64,000 nt of DNA from Octopus sinensis (taxonomy: Eukaryota): contig NC_042998.1 of assembly GCF_006345805.1 (NCBI RefSeq), positions 83,452,001 through 83,516,000 on the forward strand, written 5' to 3'. Shown in pieces: positions 14,396 through 26,700 of this stretch (its first letter is position 1; every line of letters starts with the position of its first letter). The translations under genes were made by a program, and so were the position numbers. The notes under the pieces are model-generated. The model made no database searches and was not told the DNA's origin. It saw only the letters and a list, made by a program, of their open reading frames with translations.

Positions 14396-17150
14396 TGTAG
14401 TGATCCTATAACGGTGCGCGCGCGCGCACCGTCCATTTTCTATTTCGCGCGTGCGAGTGTTGGTGCCTTCACCAAGGCACAGAAAGGAAGAGCCCTCTCG
14501 CGCATGCGCGAAGCACCGGAAGAAGAACCCTATTGCCTACGTAGCAGTTAGCGAGGCAAGGGGGTCGTAGAACGTTTGACCGCTAGCAGCAGCAGCGGGA
14601 CTTTGAGACATGGCTATCGAAGGCAACGGTCACGTATATTCTCTCTCCGTCAGGACTTGATTCTAGCAGCAGTCGGCCGAATGCCTTTAACCAAATTGTT
14701 GCCGACCACATTCAACTTCCCTGTTCGACGCCATCTTGAACCCGTTCTGGTTTTAGCGGCTGAATATTGTAAATATTATAATCGATTAACTTTCAGCCTT
14801 GCGCGCCCCGAACCAAGGACATCAGATAACCACTTATTGTTATTGTTACCAAGAAAGAGAATAAAGTAGTATATATATATTTTACGTCTGCGTCTTGTTG
14901 TTTCTGACTGGTAGAATTCTGGATTATTAAAGCAACAGCTAGTGATTGCTTTCTTGTACCCCGAAAGTACAAGAGAAGATATTTACACTCACGAAGTTCG
15001 TTACAGTGGTGACCCCCCGACGTGATTCTGGTCTAAAACCAGAGATCACTTAACAACAAAAAAAATCCAGGTTTTCTGCGAAGTCGGAACACGATTTAAC
15101 TCTACGCATTCATCTTTCGACGATTTGTTTCCGGCCACCACAAACAGTTGTAGAAGGAGCCTCTTTCTTATTCTACAGCCATGATGACGGACGCCATCAT
15201 ATATTCGATGCCTTTTCTCCACCTTCGTCATCGCCATCGTCGTCTTTCTACTTCACGTCGTCGTTATCTTCGTCGCCATCATCACTAAGAACGATGTTGT
15301 CTCAAGTCCACTACAGTCGCCTTCCTCCACCACCGTCGCCTTTCAACACCGTCGACCAAGATGTAGATAGCAACTCGCGGAACTTTAGCGTGCACGCTGT
15401 ATGTGCATATGCACACCAAGGATTTACAGCACCGTCAATCTACGAGATTCTTCTGTTCCAGTTAACCTGTCACAGCATTGAAGCCACAACCGCTACACGA
15501 TATGTGTTCAATCGGCATCTGCATTTGTGATCTCAACATTCTGTTACAGAACGAACTGCTATTGGGCATCAGGCTATTACAGACTGCTAAATTAACTCTT
15601 GTCTGGAATAGCCCCGAGAGACATTTTTTTCTATGCGCTGTATTTTTTGTATTTTGCTCGCATTCACCTTGCATGTATTTCTGTCGCACACACGTACACA
15701 CACATAAATGCTCTCTCTCACATACATACGTCACACATGCTTTTCTCGCTTGTTTTTTCCATGCTAAATTTGCCTTTTGTGGACACACCTCATTTCTATA
15801 GACCCTAGCGGTCACGTATACATAGAGAGGGTTGTTTGTCCATTATAACGCGCCAGCATGTCATGCCTTTGTTCCTGTACGAACGAGGCATATAATCGCT
15901 CAACCACTGGCATATTCTTGCTGTTTTTTGGTCTGGCAAGCACTATTGCATTTCATGCGCCTTGCTTCGCACGTGTATTGCCTTGTTTTTTGCAACACGT
16001 TTGCGCTAGCTTAATTCTTTTCCCGACTCATAGGGCGTCGGATGTTCACATGCGCTGCGCCATGTTTAGGCGTAATTATTTTTCCCTGTTAGACCACTGT
16101 TGGTCACGTAATTAACAGAAAATTATCTGTGTCGCGCATCACACCAGCATGTTTGCACTTTTGCCTTTTGTGTTACTAGCGAGCTTCTGTCAATTCCATT
16201 TTCTCTCCTGCAGCAATTGATTTAACTGCTATTTTGCAGGATTAACCACCTTTAGAGAAGTTGGATTTAATTTCGCCTAGGTTCATTAACTGTGAGTTTT
16301 GCTTTCCCTCCGCTTCCTACAGCGGAAGGCTCTATACTTTGTGACGTATACACTTTCATGCATGCACTCTTGATTTTTGCTCATTGAGTATTTTTTCTCT
16401 TTTTCCTTTAGTAAATTTCTTGTGTATGTTATAAATTTTGCCATTATATTATTGTGTGCTATTTGGTTATCTGGTGTCCACCTTGAGTTTTGCAGTCACT
16501 ACAATAAGTTTCCTTTCGTGCGTACGCACTGGAGGGGAGCCTTGTAGTGATCCTATAACGGTGCGCGCGCGCGCACCGTCCATTTTCTATTTCGCGCGTG
16601 CGAGTGTTGGTGCCTTCACCAAGGCACAGAAAGGAAGGGCCCTCTCGCGCATGCGCAAAGCACCGGAAGAAGAACCCTATTGCCTACGTAGCAGTTAGCG
16701 AGGCAAGGGGGTCGTAGAACGTTTGACCGCTAGCAGCAGCAGCGGGACTTTGAGACATGGCTATCGAAGGCAACGGTCACGTATATTCTCTCTCCGTCAG
16801 GACTTGATTCTAGCAGCAGTCGGCCGAATGCCTTTAACCAAATTGTTGCCGACCACATTCAACTTCCCTGTTCGACGCCATCTTGAACCCGTTCTGGTTT
16901 TAGCGGCTGAATATTGTAAATATTACAATCGATTAACTTTCAGCCTTGCGCGCCCCGAACCAAGGACATCAGATAACCACTTATTGTTATTGTTACCAAG
17001 AAAGAGAATAAAGTAGTATATATATATTTTACGTCTGCGTCTTGTTGTTTCTGACTGGTAGAATTCTGGATTATTAAAGCAACGGCTAGTGATTGCTTTC
17101 TTGTACCCCGAAAGTACAAGAGAAGATATTCACTCACGAAGTTCGTTACA
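14396..17150 (+). mobile_element. Non-autonomous LTR retroelement (LARD/TRIM-like), young
   Basis: LTRs 14396-15005 and 16543-17150 (TG...CA; 4 transitions and one 2-bp indel by eye); AATT TSD (14392-14395, 17151-17154); PBS 15007-15026; PPT GGAGGGGAG 16531-16539; 1537-bp interior with no recognisable gag/pol. Confidence 0.92.
15007..15026 (+). promoter_or_regulatory. Primer-binding site, tRNA-Trp type (TGGTGACCCCCCGACGTGAT)
   Basis: Matches the tRNA-Trp PBS TGGTGACCCCGACGTGAT with two extra C; starts 1 nt after the 5' LTR. Confidence 0.8.
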
Positions 17151-18087
17151 AATTGTATGTCTTATTTCATTTATTAGTACAATAATGACATGCAAATTGA
17201 ATTACAAATGCTGTGTTCTGTCAGTCAGATTTAAGTTTATTCGTCCTGTATGCGTGTATTACATAAGAGAAAAACATGTAATAACTGAAGTAGAAAAATG
17301 ATGAATTTCATATACGAACTACTGTTTGTCATTCAAGCAGTAATCCAGCAACTTTTAGTGTTTGGCCCTGGCTTTTATTAATGCTGATTGCAAAAGAAAG
17401 CAGAATAGGAAAGTGTAAGGTCTAAAATTTGAATGGGACATTAGATGGTATAACTGGTATTCGAGGAACGGAGACGGTATCACTTTTACCACAACCAGTG
17501 AGAATATTTGCCTCAATGCAGTTTGTCATAGGTTTGTGCACAATTAGTGTTGCCTCCCTTGGACCATTTACTTTCATTTTATGGGACAAACAAACACACA
17601 AACGAACAGAATCTCTCTTATATATATATATGATGTAATAGTTTAGTGTTTAATTAGAGATGACATGGTTATTATACGGTAATGATTTATTTGGTCAGTG
17701 TGATAACACAAAGGCGATATATTTAGAATATTTAGTTAAGAAGTTTTGGTATCCAGAAGACCCAAAAGACAGGTAAGGCTATGTAAGTGCTACGGAAGGA
17801 GCGCTGTTAGACTCCTGGTTCGATAATAGTATGAGTGAGGTGTCTAACAAGGGTCGTGTATGAGTGTGTATATGTTAAAAAATGAGACAACAAAGCCAAA
17901 GCAGAGTGAAATTTCTAGAACATTTATAAAGAGAAAGGTAGTCTTACAGCTGTTTCAAGGATATAACAGACGTCCCATCATCAGAGACGATATGAGAGAA
18001 TTAAATAGAAGGAAATAGTAGAGTTAAATATTTTGGAAAGGGGTAGATATAGGAAGTACAAAGGGAAATATGATAGGTGAATATATA

Positions 18088-18315
18088 CTGGCTGGCCAAA
18101 AACACCTGGCAGTAAACTAAAACCATTTAATTCCAAGATTTTATGTTTAACAACTGAATGAATTTAATAAAATCATCTAAATATGAAACATCGTGAAAAT
18201 CGTTCAAACTGAAGTCCTTCTTGAGCGACACATTTTTCCATTCAAGTCAATACAGAATTACAGATAGTATTTATGGAATTTTGATTTACTGTCGGGTGAC
18301 TTTTGGCCAACCCTG
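18088..18315. mobile_element. Tc1-like MITE
   Basis: TA|ctggctggccaaaaacacctggcagtaaa ... tttactgtcgggtgacttttggccaaccctg|TA imperfect TIRs. Confidence 0.6.
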
Positions 18316-19590
18316 TATATTTAACAATTAGTGACGTAACAGTGGCGGATGTAGGGGTGTCGCCCTAGTTGCCTGGGCAACACCCTTTCTAGCCAAGCTG
18401 ACATCAGATATAACATTGTTATTTTATTTCCGGCAGTTTCACAGCATTAAAGTTTTATATGCATATGGTCTGCTAAAACAAAGTTAGAATACTTAAAAAT
18501 GTATCTATTTGTTACGAATTGCGATTCCCACCTTACTTTTTTTACTCTTTTATTTGTTCCAGTCATTTGACTGCGGCCATGCTGGAGCACCGCTTTTAAT
18601 CTAAGAAATCGACCCCAGGACTCATTCTTTGAAAGCCTAGTACTTATTCTATTGGTCTCTTTTGCCCAACCGCTAACTTACGGGGACGTAAGCACACCAA
18701 CTTCGGTTGTCAAGTAATGGTGGGGGACAAACACATTCACACAAAGACACACACACATATGTATATATATATTATGCAGGTGTGTGTGGGGGGAGGAGAT
18801 CGAGGATATTTTTGGGGGCGTTGCCCAAAAGTTTGTGGGTGTTACGAAAAATTGACACAAGCATTCTTCATCATAATTAACCTCAGTGATTACATATACA
18901 TCGAAGCCTTGCAGAATATCGACGGTGGCGCTGCCCACTATAATAACCAGAGCATTCCGATGAGCGCGTAGTTGCCCAAGGTGCCATGCAGTAGGACTGA
19001 ACCCGGAACCATGTGGTTGGCAAGCAAGCTACTTACCACACAGCCACGATGTATATGTAATCACTGAGGTTAATTATGATGAACAATGCTTGTGTCAATT
19101 TTTGGCAACACCCCCCAAAATATCCTCGATCCCCTCCCCCGACACACCTGCATAATTATTAATAATTCTTTCTAATCTTAGCACAAGGCCAAGAGTTTTG
19201 GGCGCGCGGGTTGGGGTGGGGAAAGTCAATTACTCTTACCCCATTGATTGACTTGTACTTTATTTTATCAATGATATTTACCGCAGTACATAACATGTTC
19301 TTGATTTAACGACTTAACAAATGTGAAAAGCAAGGTCGAATACGGCAGGATTTGAACTCAGGGCATAAAGGATTGTAGTTAAATTCCGCAAGGTATTTAT
19401 CATGTGATTTATCATTTTGTATCAATCGCATTTTCCAGTCCGCCGCAGTCACAAATGTAAAGGTGGATGTCCTTTTATTTATATTATTTACATTATTTAC
19501 ATTTGATGGATATTTGTTCTCAACTTGTTTGTTGTTAACACAACATTTCGGCTGATATATCCTCCAGCCTTCATCAGGTATATATATATA

Positions 19591-19624
<34 letters not shown>

Positions 19625-19749
19625 CTTGATGTGAATCGTCTATGCCAGAAATACATAGAGAAAGAAAAATAGAAATACCGAGACTGAAAGATGACTGAAT
19701 TACACGTCATACAAATGTACAGCCGCCATCATCTCCATCGCTTCCCCCC

Positions 19750-19820
<71 letters not shown>

Positions 19821-21064
19821 CATTCCCCTCCTCCGCTCTCCTTATTCCACTATTCCACACAGAGAAGAGGGACGTTTGACACAGCCATTTCATTTCAAAC
19901 TATCTTACTCTACAACGTTTCCTGACTGACAGAGGTTTGTGGTTTGTGGGAGATTTAGCTGTTAGGTCTCAAAATAAATGTTATGCAATACTTCCCAGTA
20001 AGATGGCGAACAATGATTTATATAGTTTTGCGGGTGCTTGGGCTTACAGACATAGTTAATTCATATTTAGAAAAACAGTTGATATTGAAACAATGATATG
20101 TTACATATGTTGCACAGCAAATGTTTCTAGAATCAATCTTTATTATATGATTATCTTCAAGACTGTTAATTGCGCAATTTATGTTTGAAACACATATTCT
20201 CGTCTGAACAGAAATCCGTGTTTAACACAGTATGCTATTTCTGGCTTAAGTTGCTGATGGTAGAAATCATTTTCATCTGCAATCAGCTGTGATTAGCTGC
20301 TGTCAGTCTCCGAATTAGATTAGAGGTTTATCAACAATCGACAAAGTAATAAACTGGCCAGAGTTGGCTGCACTGATAAGTCTGTAAAACATTAAAATAA
20401 ACCCTAGTTTCGTAAGCTTTGGTTTTTATAATTATTAATTAACATTATTGAAAGATTATTGGCACCTGAACTGGCAATAGAAACGGAACTGCATTTTCAG
20501 GATAATACCATAAACTGTCTTACAAAAATTATATACTGACAAATGTTGATGTAACACGAATGCCATTTTCTAACTGTTTGAAGATGTTAGACCGGCAACA
20601 AGAGAAAGGAAACTAAAAACAAAGGTTGGCTAGATACTACCGCACGTTTCAAACGACAGTATTTTTCACTCATATGAATTTACATACACATATAAATGTA
20701 CTCACATTCACATAAAGCATACATACATATATACATGGATGGCACTCCGTCGGTTACGAGGGGATTTGGTAGAGGGAAACTGAAAGAAACCCGCCATATA
20801 TATATATATATATATATTTGTGTGTCTGTTTGTTCTCCGATCATCGCTTGACAACCGATGCTGGTATGTTTTCGTCCCCATAACTCAGCAGTTCGGCGCA
20901 AGAGACCGATAGAATAAGTACTAGATTTACAAAGAATAAGTCCTGGAGTCGATGTTTTCGACAAAAGGCGGTGCTCCAGCACAGCCGCAGTCAAATAACT
21001 GAAACAAGTAAAAGAACATATGCTACATATCCTACAGGAGTGGATGTGGTAAGAAGCTTGCTTC

Positions 21065-22632
21065 TCGCGCATGCGTCTGTGTATTCGCTGTGTTGATTTT
21101 TGACGAGTCGGACGGAATTTTTTGTGCTGCTTGGCAGCGGGTGTTATACCGGTAAAAACAATGTATTCAGACCTTAGCGAGCATGAGTTATCCTCAGTGG
21201 AAGAGGAGCTCGTTGAGGCGGTAAATAGAATGGACGAGCATTTGGAAAGGGTAAAGAGTTTTGCTGAGGCTGCAGAGGTTAAAAAAAGGGAGGTGGATCT
21301 AGCCGGACTGAAAGAGCTGAGTAATATAACACAGATGGTGGGCGGTGACGTAAAGTTATTACCCCCGAAAAGGGTAATGGAAAATATGGAAAAGAAGACT
21401 ATTACCTACAAGGTGTACTCAGTGGAGAGTAGGAAGGTGGAACAGAGAGTAGGAAGGTGGAGCGGAGAGTAGGAAGGTTGAGCGGAGAGTAGGATGGTGG
21501 AGCGGAGAGTAGGAAGGTGGAGATGGAAAAAGTAGAAAAAGCATTGAAGGAGCTTTCGAAGGAAGTGACATACATAGCGAAAGGAAATGGATATGGGACG
21601 GTGGTTGTCCAGTTTCAGACAGCGGAGGAGGCAAAGAGGCTGGCGAGTGCAACTGTAAAAACGGAGGAAATGGTACTTCTGCCCATGTACCTTGGAAGAA
21701 AGACTTCTAAGGTGAGGCTAGAAGGAATTCCATCCGATATAGAAGTGGCTTGGATTGCGGCAGCCGTCCTCGTTGGAAGTGAGGAGGAGGTGGCTGTCCT
21801 CCAAGCCACGGAAACGGAGGACGGAGGATGGAGAGGAAAAAGACTGGACCTCATTATACAGGCAGAGGAGAAGCAATTGGAGAGTTTGGCGGAGACGGTG
21901 ACGTTGGGAGAGATTGTGTTAAGAGTGTGGGTGTAGGGCAGAATCCCACGATGTTTTAAATGTGGCCAAAACGGCCACATTAGAGCACACTGCCCTCTGC
22001 AGAGGAAAACGACAGAAGAAGCGGTGATGGAGACGGAGGAGAAAAAGGAAGAAGTACAGATAAATGGAAGGAACAAGGAGGATGAATGGACAGTAACAGA
22101 GAATAAAAGGAAAAATAGAAAGAAGAGGAAGAACAGTCAGTGTGATGTGGGACCCCAGACCAACTCCATCCTACCCAAGACCACTCAGACCCACCCTCCC
22201 CATACAGACACGAAACCCACCCACCCCTCTCCCCACAGGAAAAAAGAAGAAAGAATGGACATCACAAAATTTACAAGACCCCTCCCCCAGTGAAAAAGGT
22301 TACGTATACATGGAGGAGAAAGTGTTGTCACTCAGCGATGGAGAAGACGGTAAACGAAAGACTAGATCAAAGACTAAAGAGGATTCAGGACTCAGAGGTG
22401 GCGAGTGGTGTTACTCAGTGTGGGGTGAGTAACACACTTTTCATATTCTCATTTCTCAAGTTATCATTCATGTGTCATTATTTTAATATTTTGATTTTAA
22501 TGCTTTTCATGTTCATTTTCATGTGTCATTCATAGCATCATATTTTTATTTTAATTGTTATATGTCCTCACATCTGTTGTTGTGTCCCCCTCTATGTAAT
22601 GCCTTTATGGCAATTTAAAAGAAATAAAAAAT
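21065..22632 (+). mobile_element. ORF1-only L1/Tx1-like non-LTR element (HAL1-like) inserted in a SINE head
   Basis: ORF1 21161-22293 with a helical N-terminus, an RRM-like region (GTVVVQF) and a CX2CX4HX4C knuckle CFKCGQNGHIRAHC (21952-21993). One frameshift and one TAG (21934); AATAAAAAA end; TSD GCTTGCTTC (21056-21064, 22633-22641). Confidence 0.8.
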
Positions 22633-22767
22633 GCTTGCTTCCCAACCACATAGTTCTGGGTTCAATCCCACTGCTTGGCGCTTTGGGCAAGTGTCTTCTA
22701 CTATAGCCTCGGGCTGACCAAAGCCTTGTGAGTGGATGTGGAAGACGGAAACTAAAAGAAGCCCGCG

Positions 22768-22841
<74 letters not shown>

Positions 22842-23075
22842 CATGTATGTATGTATGTATGAATATGTTTGTGTGTCTGTGTTTGTACCCCCACCATCGC
22901 TTGACAACCCATATTGGTGTGTTTACGTCCCCGTAACCTAGCAAAAAGAGACCGATAGAATAAGTACTTGACTTATAGAGAATAAGGCCTAGGGTCGATT
23001 TTTTTCGACTAAAAAAGGCGGTGCTCCAGCATGGCCGCAGTCAAATGACCGAAACAAATAAAAGAATAAAAGAAT
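22633..23075 (+). mobile_element. SINE family A copy, split (5' head at 21035-21064)
   Basis: Resumes at gcttgcttcccaaccac... after the ORF1-only insertion. Confidence 0.8.
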
Positions 23076-23459
23076 ATATATCGGGTTGGCAGATGAATTT
23101 GTTCGTTTTTTGGTTTCTTCTTGACATTCCGTCATATTAATGAAAAGCGGTAAAATTTATTCAGTTCAAAAACGATAAGCAAAAACTGTAGAGGAAAACT
23201 AAAGCTACAAAAAAAAAAGCATAAAATAATACGATGAAAATAATTTTCCTCTTAATTCAAATAACAATGTGAAGGGTCACAATAAAATGCAAACAAACAA
23301 ATTCCAACTTTTAATTCTGGACACTCTTGCTGTGATAGTAATCGATCCCGTTGTTTATTGATCCCAACTAGATAATGTAAATATTTATAAATGCACTTTG
23401 AACATCTCGCAACTTCAAAATGGTATCTCCCAAAAATATGCAAATAATATCAAGATTAT

Positions 23460-23468
23460 TATATAAAG
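23460..23468 (+). promoter_or_regulatory. Possible TATA box (TATATAAAG) about 110 bp upstream of the ATG
   Basis: Motif only; the context is AT-rich, so a chance match is plausible. Confidence 0.2.
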
Positions 23469-23577
23469 AAAAGTTTGGCACTTTAGATTTTCACGCGGAC
23501 TTGTTAATTACCCTGTTGTTGTTCATAGTATAGAGAGAGGAAGCCGGGAACTAAGCCGTATAAGAAAAGACGAAACT

Positions 23578-23741
23578 ATGCCGGTTAATATCAACAGAAA
23601 AGACTTTTCTTCGAGAAAGGGATTAATCGAAAAAGAAGCAAACCTTTTACTTCACCAATTATTTACGATTTATGATGAGAAATATTTTTATTGCAAACTT
23701 ACAGGAAATGTAAGAATTAGCTGGAGCAAACGAATGACCTC
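23578..23741 (+). CDS. SPRTN: SPRTN-like exon 1 (54 codons + 2 nt; ...FTIYDEKYFYCKLTGNVRISWSKRMTS)
   Basis: ATG with A at -3; ends TC|gtaagt (phase 2); WSKRMT matches SprT WSxRMT. An upstream exon via the AG at 23527-23528 cannot be excluded. Confidence 0.9.
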
Positions 23742-26700
23742 GTAAGTGTTAATGACGGATATGATGCGATGTCTTCTTTTAATTAATCTTTCAAATATGT
23801 CAATTTGTGGGAAAGACTTCCTCCCGTCCCCACCCCATTTTCTCGCAAATTAATGTTTTTTGTTAATTTTTGGGCTAAAAGCCCACCTTTTCGCATTACG
23901 GAGATTCCAGAAAATTGCCAAAAGGTCGGAATTTTGAAATGTTTTGCCCCACCTTACTTCTCCCCAATTTCTTCATTTTTCACTTTTTTCCATAATCCTA
24001 AAACCCCAACCCTATTTAGAAAATCTCCGCATTTTTCCGCCTATTTTGACAAAAAAATATTTGTGGAAAATTTTTATAGAAATTTTTGGAAAAATTTTTT
24101 TTTTCAGAGTCATAATCTCCGTATTTTCTCGCATATATTGTAGGGGACAAAAAACTCTGAAAAAAGTTTGAAATGAAGAATTTGGGTGAGCGGGAGTTAA
24201 TTTTAAAATGCTGTTTTTTTTTTTTTTTTTTTTTGCTTGCCAATTTTTTTGCTGATTCGTATTCTCTCCTTAGCCGTGTACAAAAAAAAAATTTTTTAAG
24301 GGGTATTTGGGGGTGGGATACAAAAGGAAGTCTTGCCCAATTTGTGTTTACGTGTAATATTTACATCACAGCAAATTAACGGTTCGATAAAAAACGACCG
24401 ATAGAATAAGTATCAAAATTTAAATGAAAATAAGCCCTGGGGTTGATTCGTTCGACTAAAATTCTTCCAAGCAGTGCCCCAGCTTGGCCGGAATCTAATA
24501 ACAAATAGGGAACAGAATTCCTTTGTGTGGTCGCTTGAGCTGGTAGCAACAGCAGCCAAATTTCCCTTCCACCACAACCTAATTGTTAAAAACAAAGACT
24601 ATCTCAAGTATATAATAGGGTGTTTGCTTTTAAACCCACATCAAAAGATTGTTCGACTAAAAAAAGGTGGTGCTCCAGCATGGCCGCAGTCAAATGACAA
24701 GCAAAAGAATATATATCGGGTTGTCAGATGAATTTTTTTTTCTTGACACTCCGTTACATGTCTGAAAAGCAGTAAAATTTATTCAAAAACGATAAGTAAA
24801 AATTGTAGAGAAAAACTAGAGCTACAAAAAAGTATAAAACAAAACGATAAAAATAATTTTCCTCTTAATTCAAATAACAATGTAAAGGATCACAAGGCAA
24901 TAATTCTTTTTGTACCCCACCCCCAAAACACCCCTTAAATAAATTTTTTCTACACAACCTGCCCCCTTTTCAGCTACGGAGAATGCTTTGGTCCGCCCGA
25001 GGTACCACACTGCGGGACTGAACCGAGAACCATGTAGTTGGGAAACAAACTTCTTATCACACAGCGACTTCTGTAATATCATGCACAGGTCGACTTCAAA
25101 CCGGAGTTGGACTCAAACAACTGTTATCTCTGCCAATGATTTCTGTTGCTGTTTATTTACACATCCAGCCGATTTGGGAAAAGGCTTTCCAACCGAAACC
25201 ACCCTGATATTTTTATATCTGGCTTCATTATCTAATAAGTTCTCTATCCACCTTTCACCCCAAAATTAGTATTTGTGGATAATGTGACTGTTTTGGGTGA
25301 CCATATATCGGCCCCTTAGTAGCTGTTGCCTTGATTTATACTTCAGTGGCTGGAATAATTGTTTGTGTCGTATGTGCTTGACAGTTTTGTCCAGATTAAG
25401 ATACCTGTATGAAATCCTCGAGCAGAATCGAAATTCTTAGTAGCATTTCGTCCGTCTTTACGTTTTGAGTTCAAATTGCGCCGTGGTTGACTTTGCCTTT
25501 CATCCCTTTCAGGATTGATGGATCGGTTTCCCCTTCTCCAAACTTGCTGGCCTTGTGCCGAAATTTGAAATCTTCATTTAATCCATATTTAGATATACCC
25601 ATCTATATTTTTTGCCCATATTAAGAAGCGAATCCGATCCTCCTCTATTTCTCTGCTCATTTTGACCTCCGTATACAATATGCACCTGTCCACCAAATAT
25701 CTTCATGTACCATTCAGAAGTTATTGTTCTAGCATTAAAGGACAATCATTCTGTATCGGATTTACCTACAAGATTGGAAGGCTTAAACCAAGAGCTTCAA
25801 TCTAGGGAGCTTCCAACCAAGGTGTGTATAATATAATTCTAATCGTGAGAGACTGGGAGCCACCTCGCGAATGAAATACCATAGGATTTCTCTTCATCTC
25901 AACTTGGCGCTGACATCACTTCATAACTTATGTCACCAATTAATTCCGGTTAACAATTATGAAATATCGTGATATTATTCACAAGCAGTTTCGACTTTCA
26001 AACTTAAACATTCTATGTTCGAATTGAACGGCCATCTTACATTTGTGTCGAAAAGTAAAGGAGAGCGGCAACAAGGTTACATTATCATTTGGAATCTTTT
26101 TACTTAGATACTAATGTTAAATATATTTAACGCTCCTTAGTTGCAAATTTAGACTTTACACCCCAATACATATATTTGTTGGTTTTAAATACACAAGCTA
26201 TAGACATCAGTTCTCATAACTGAAATTTTTCGTTGTTTCATTTTAAACACCTAAATATCTAGGTTCGAAAAGTTTTTTCTTTTTTTTAACCTTTAATTTT
26301 TTTTAATAAGATGTGCTGGTTGTACCCTACAACCTGACGTAGACAGGATATGCAATATATCTTTGAGTCGACCACTTCTTGAACTCAGACCACTAGAGGA
26401 TCTACTGGAGACGTTACTGGTAAATATATCCGTGTTTATACTCATTACTGCCAATGTTCCAGCTCTTTAAATATATCCACATAGTACTAATTGTAAAGTT
26501 AATTTCCAGTTTCATGTATTTGTCTCCTTATTCAGTGTTTCTTAGCCTTTCATAATGGCAAGAGGTAACCAAATTGGCCACCCAACTTCATTAAATGTAA
26601 CACATGTAAAATGGCCGCCCTCTGCAGTCTGCACATTCTACACCACTGAATTTTCATAATATTCAATATCATTTTGTAATTTTTTTTTCTTAGTTAAAAG

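Noticed and set aside
14576-17016. Identical 97-aa ORFs at 14576-14869 and 16723-17016
   Set aside because: The two LTR copies; no ATG start and no recognisable gag.
17750-18060. Possible Penelope-like element end
   Set aside because: Only a vague resemblance; no coding or boundary evidence.
21615-22076. 153-aa minus-strand ORF
   Set aside because: Antisense shadow of the purine-rich ORF1.
23790-24340. Odd homopolymer-rich stretch in intron 1 with several short ORFs
   Set aside because: Looks like a decayed repeat or low-quality consensus; no coherent structure found.
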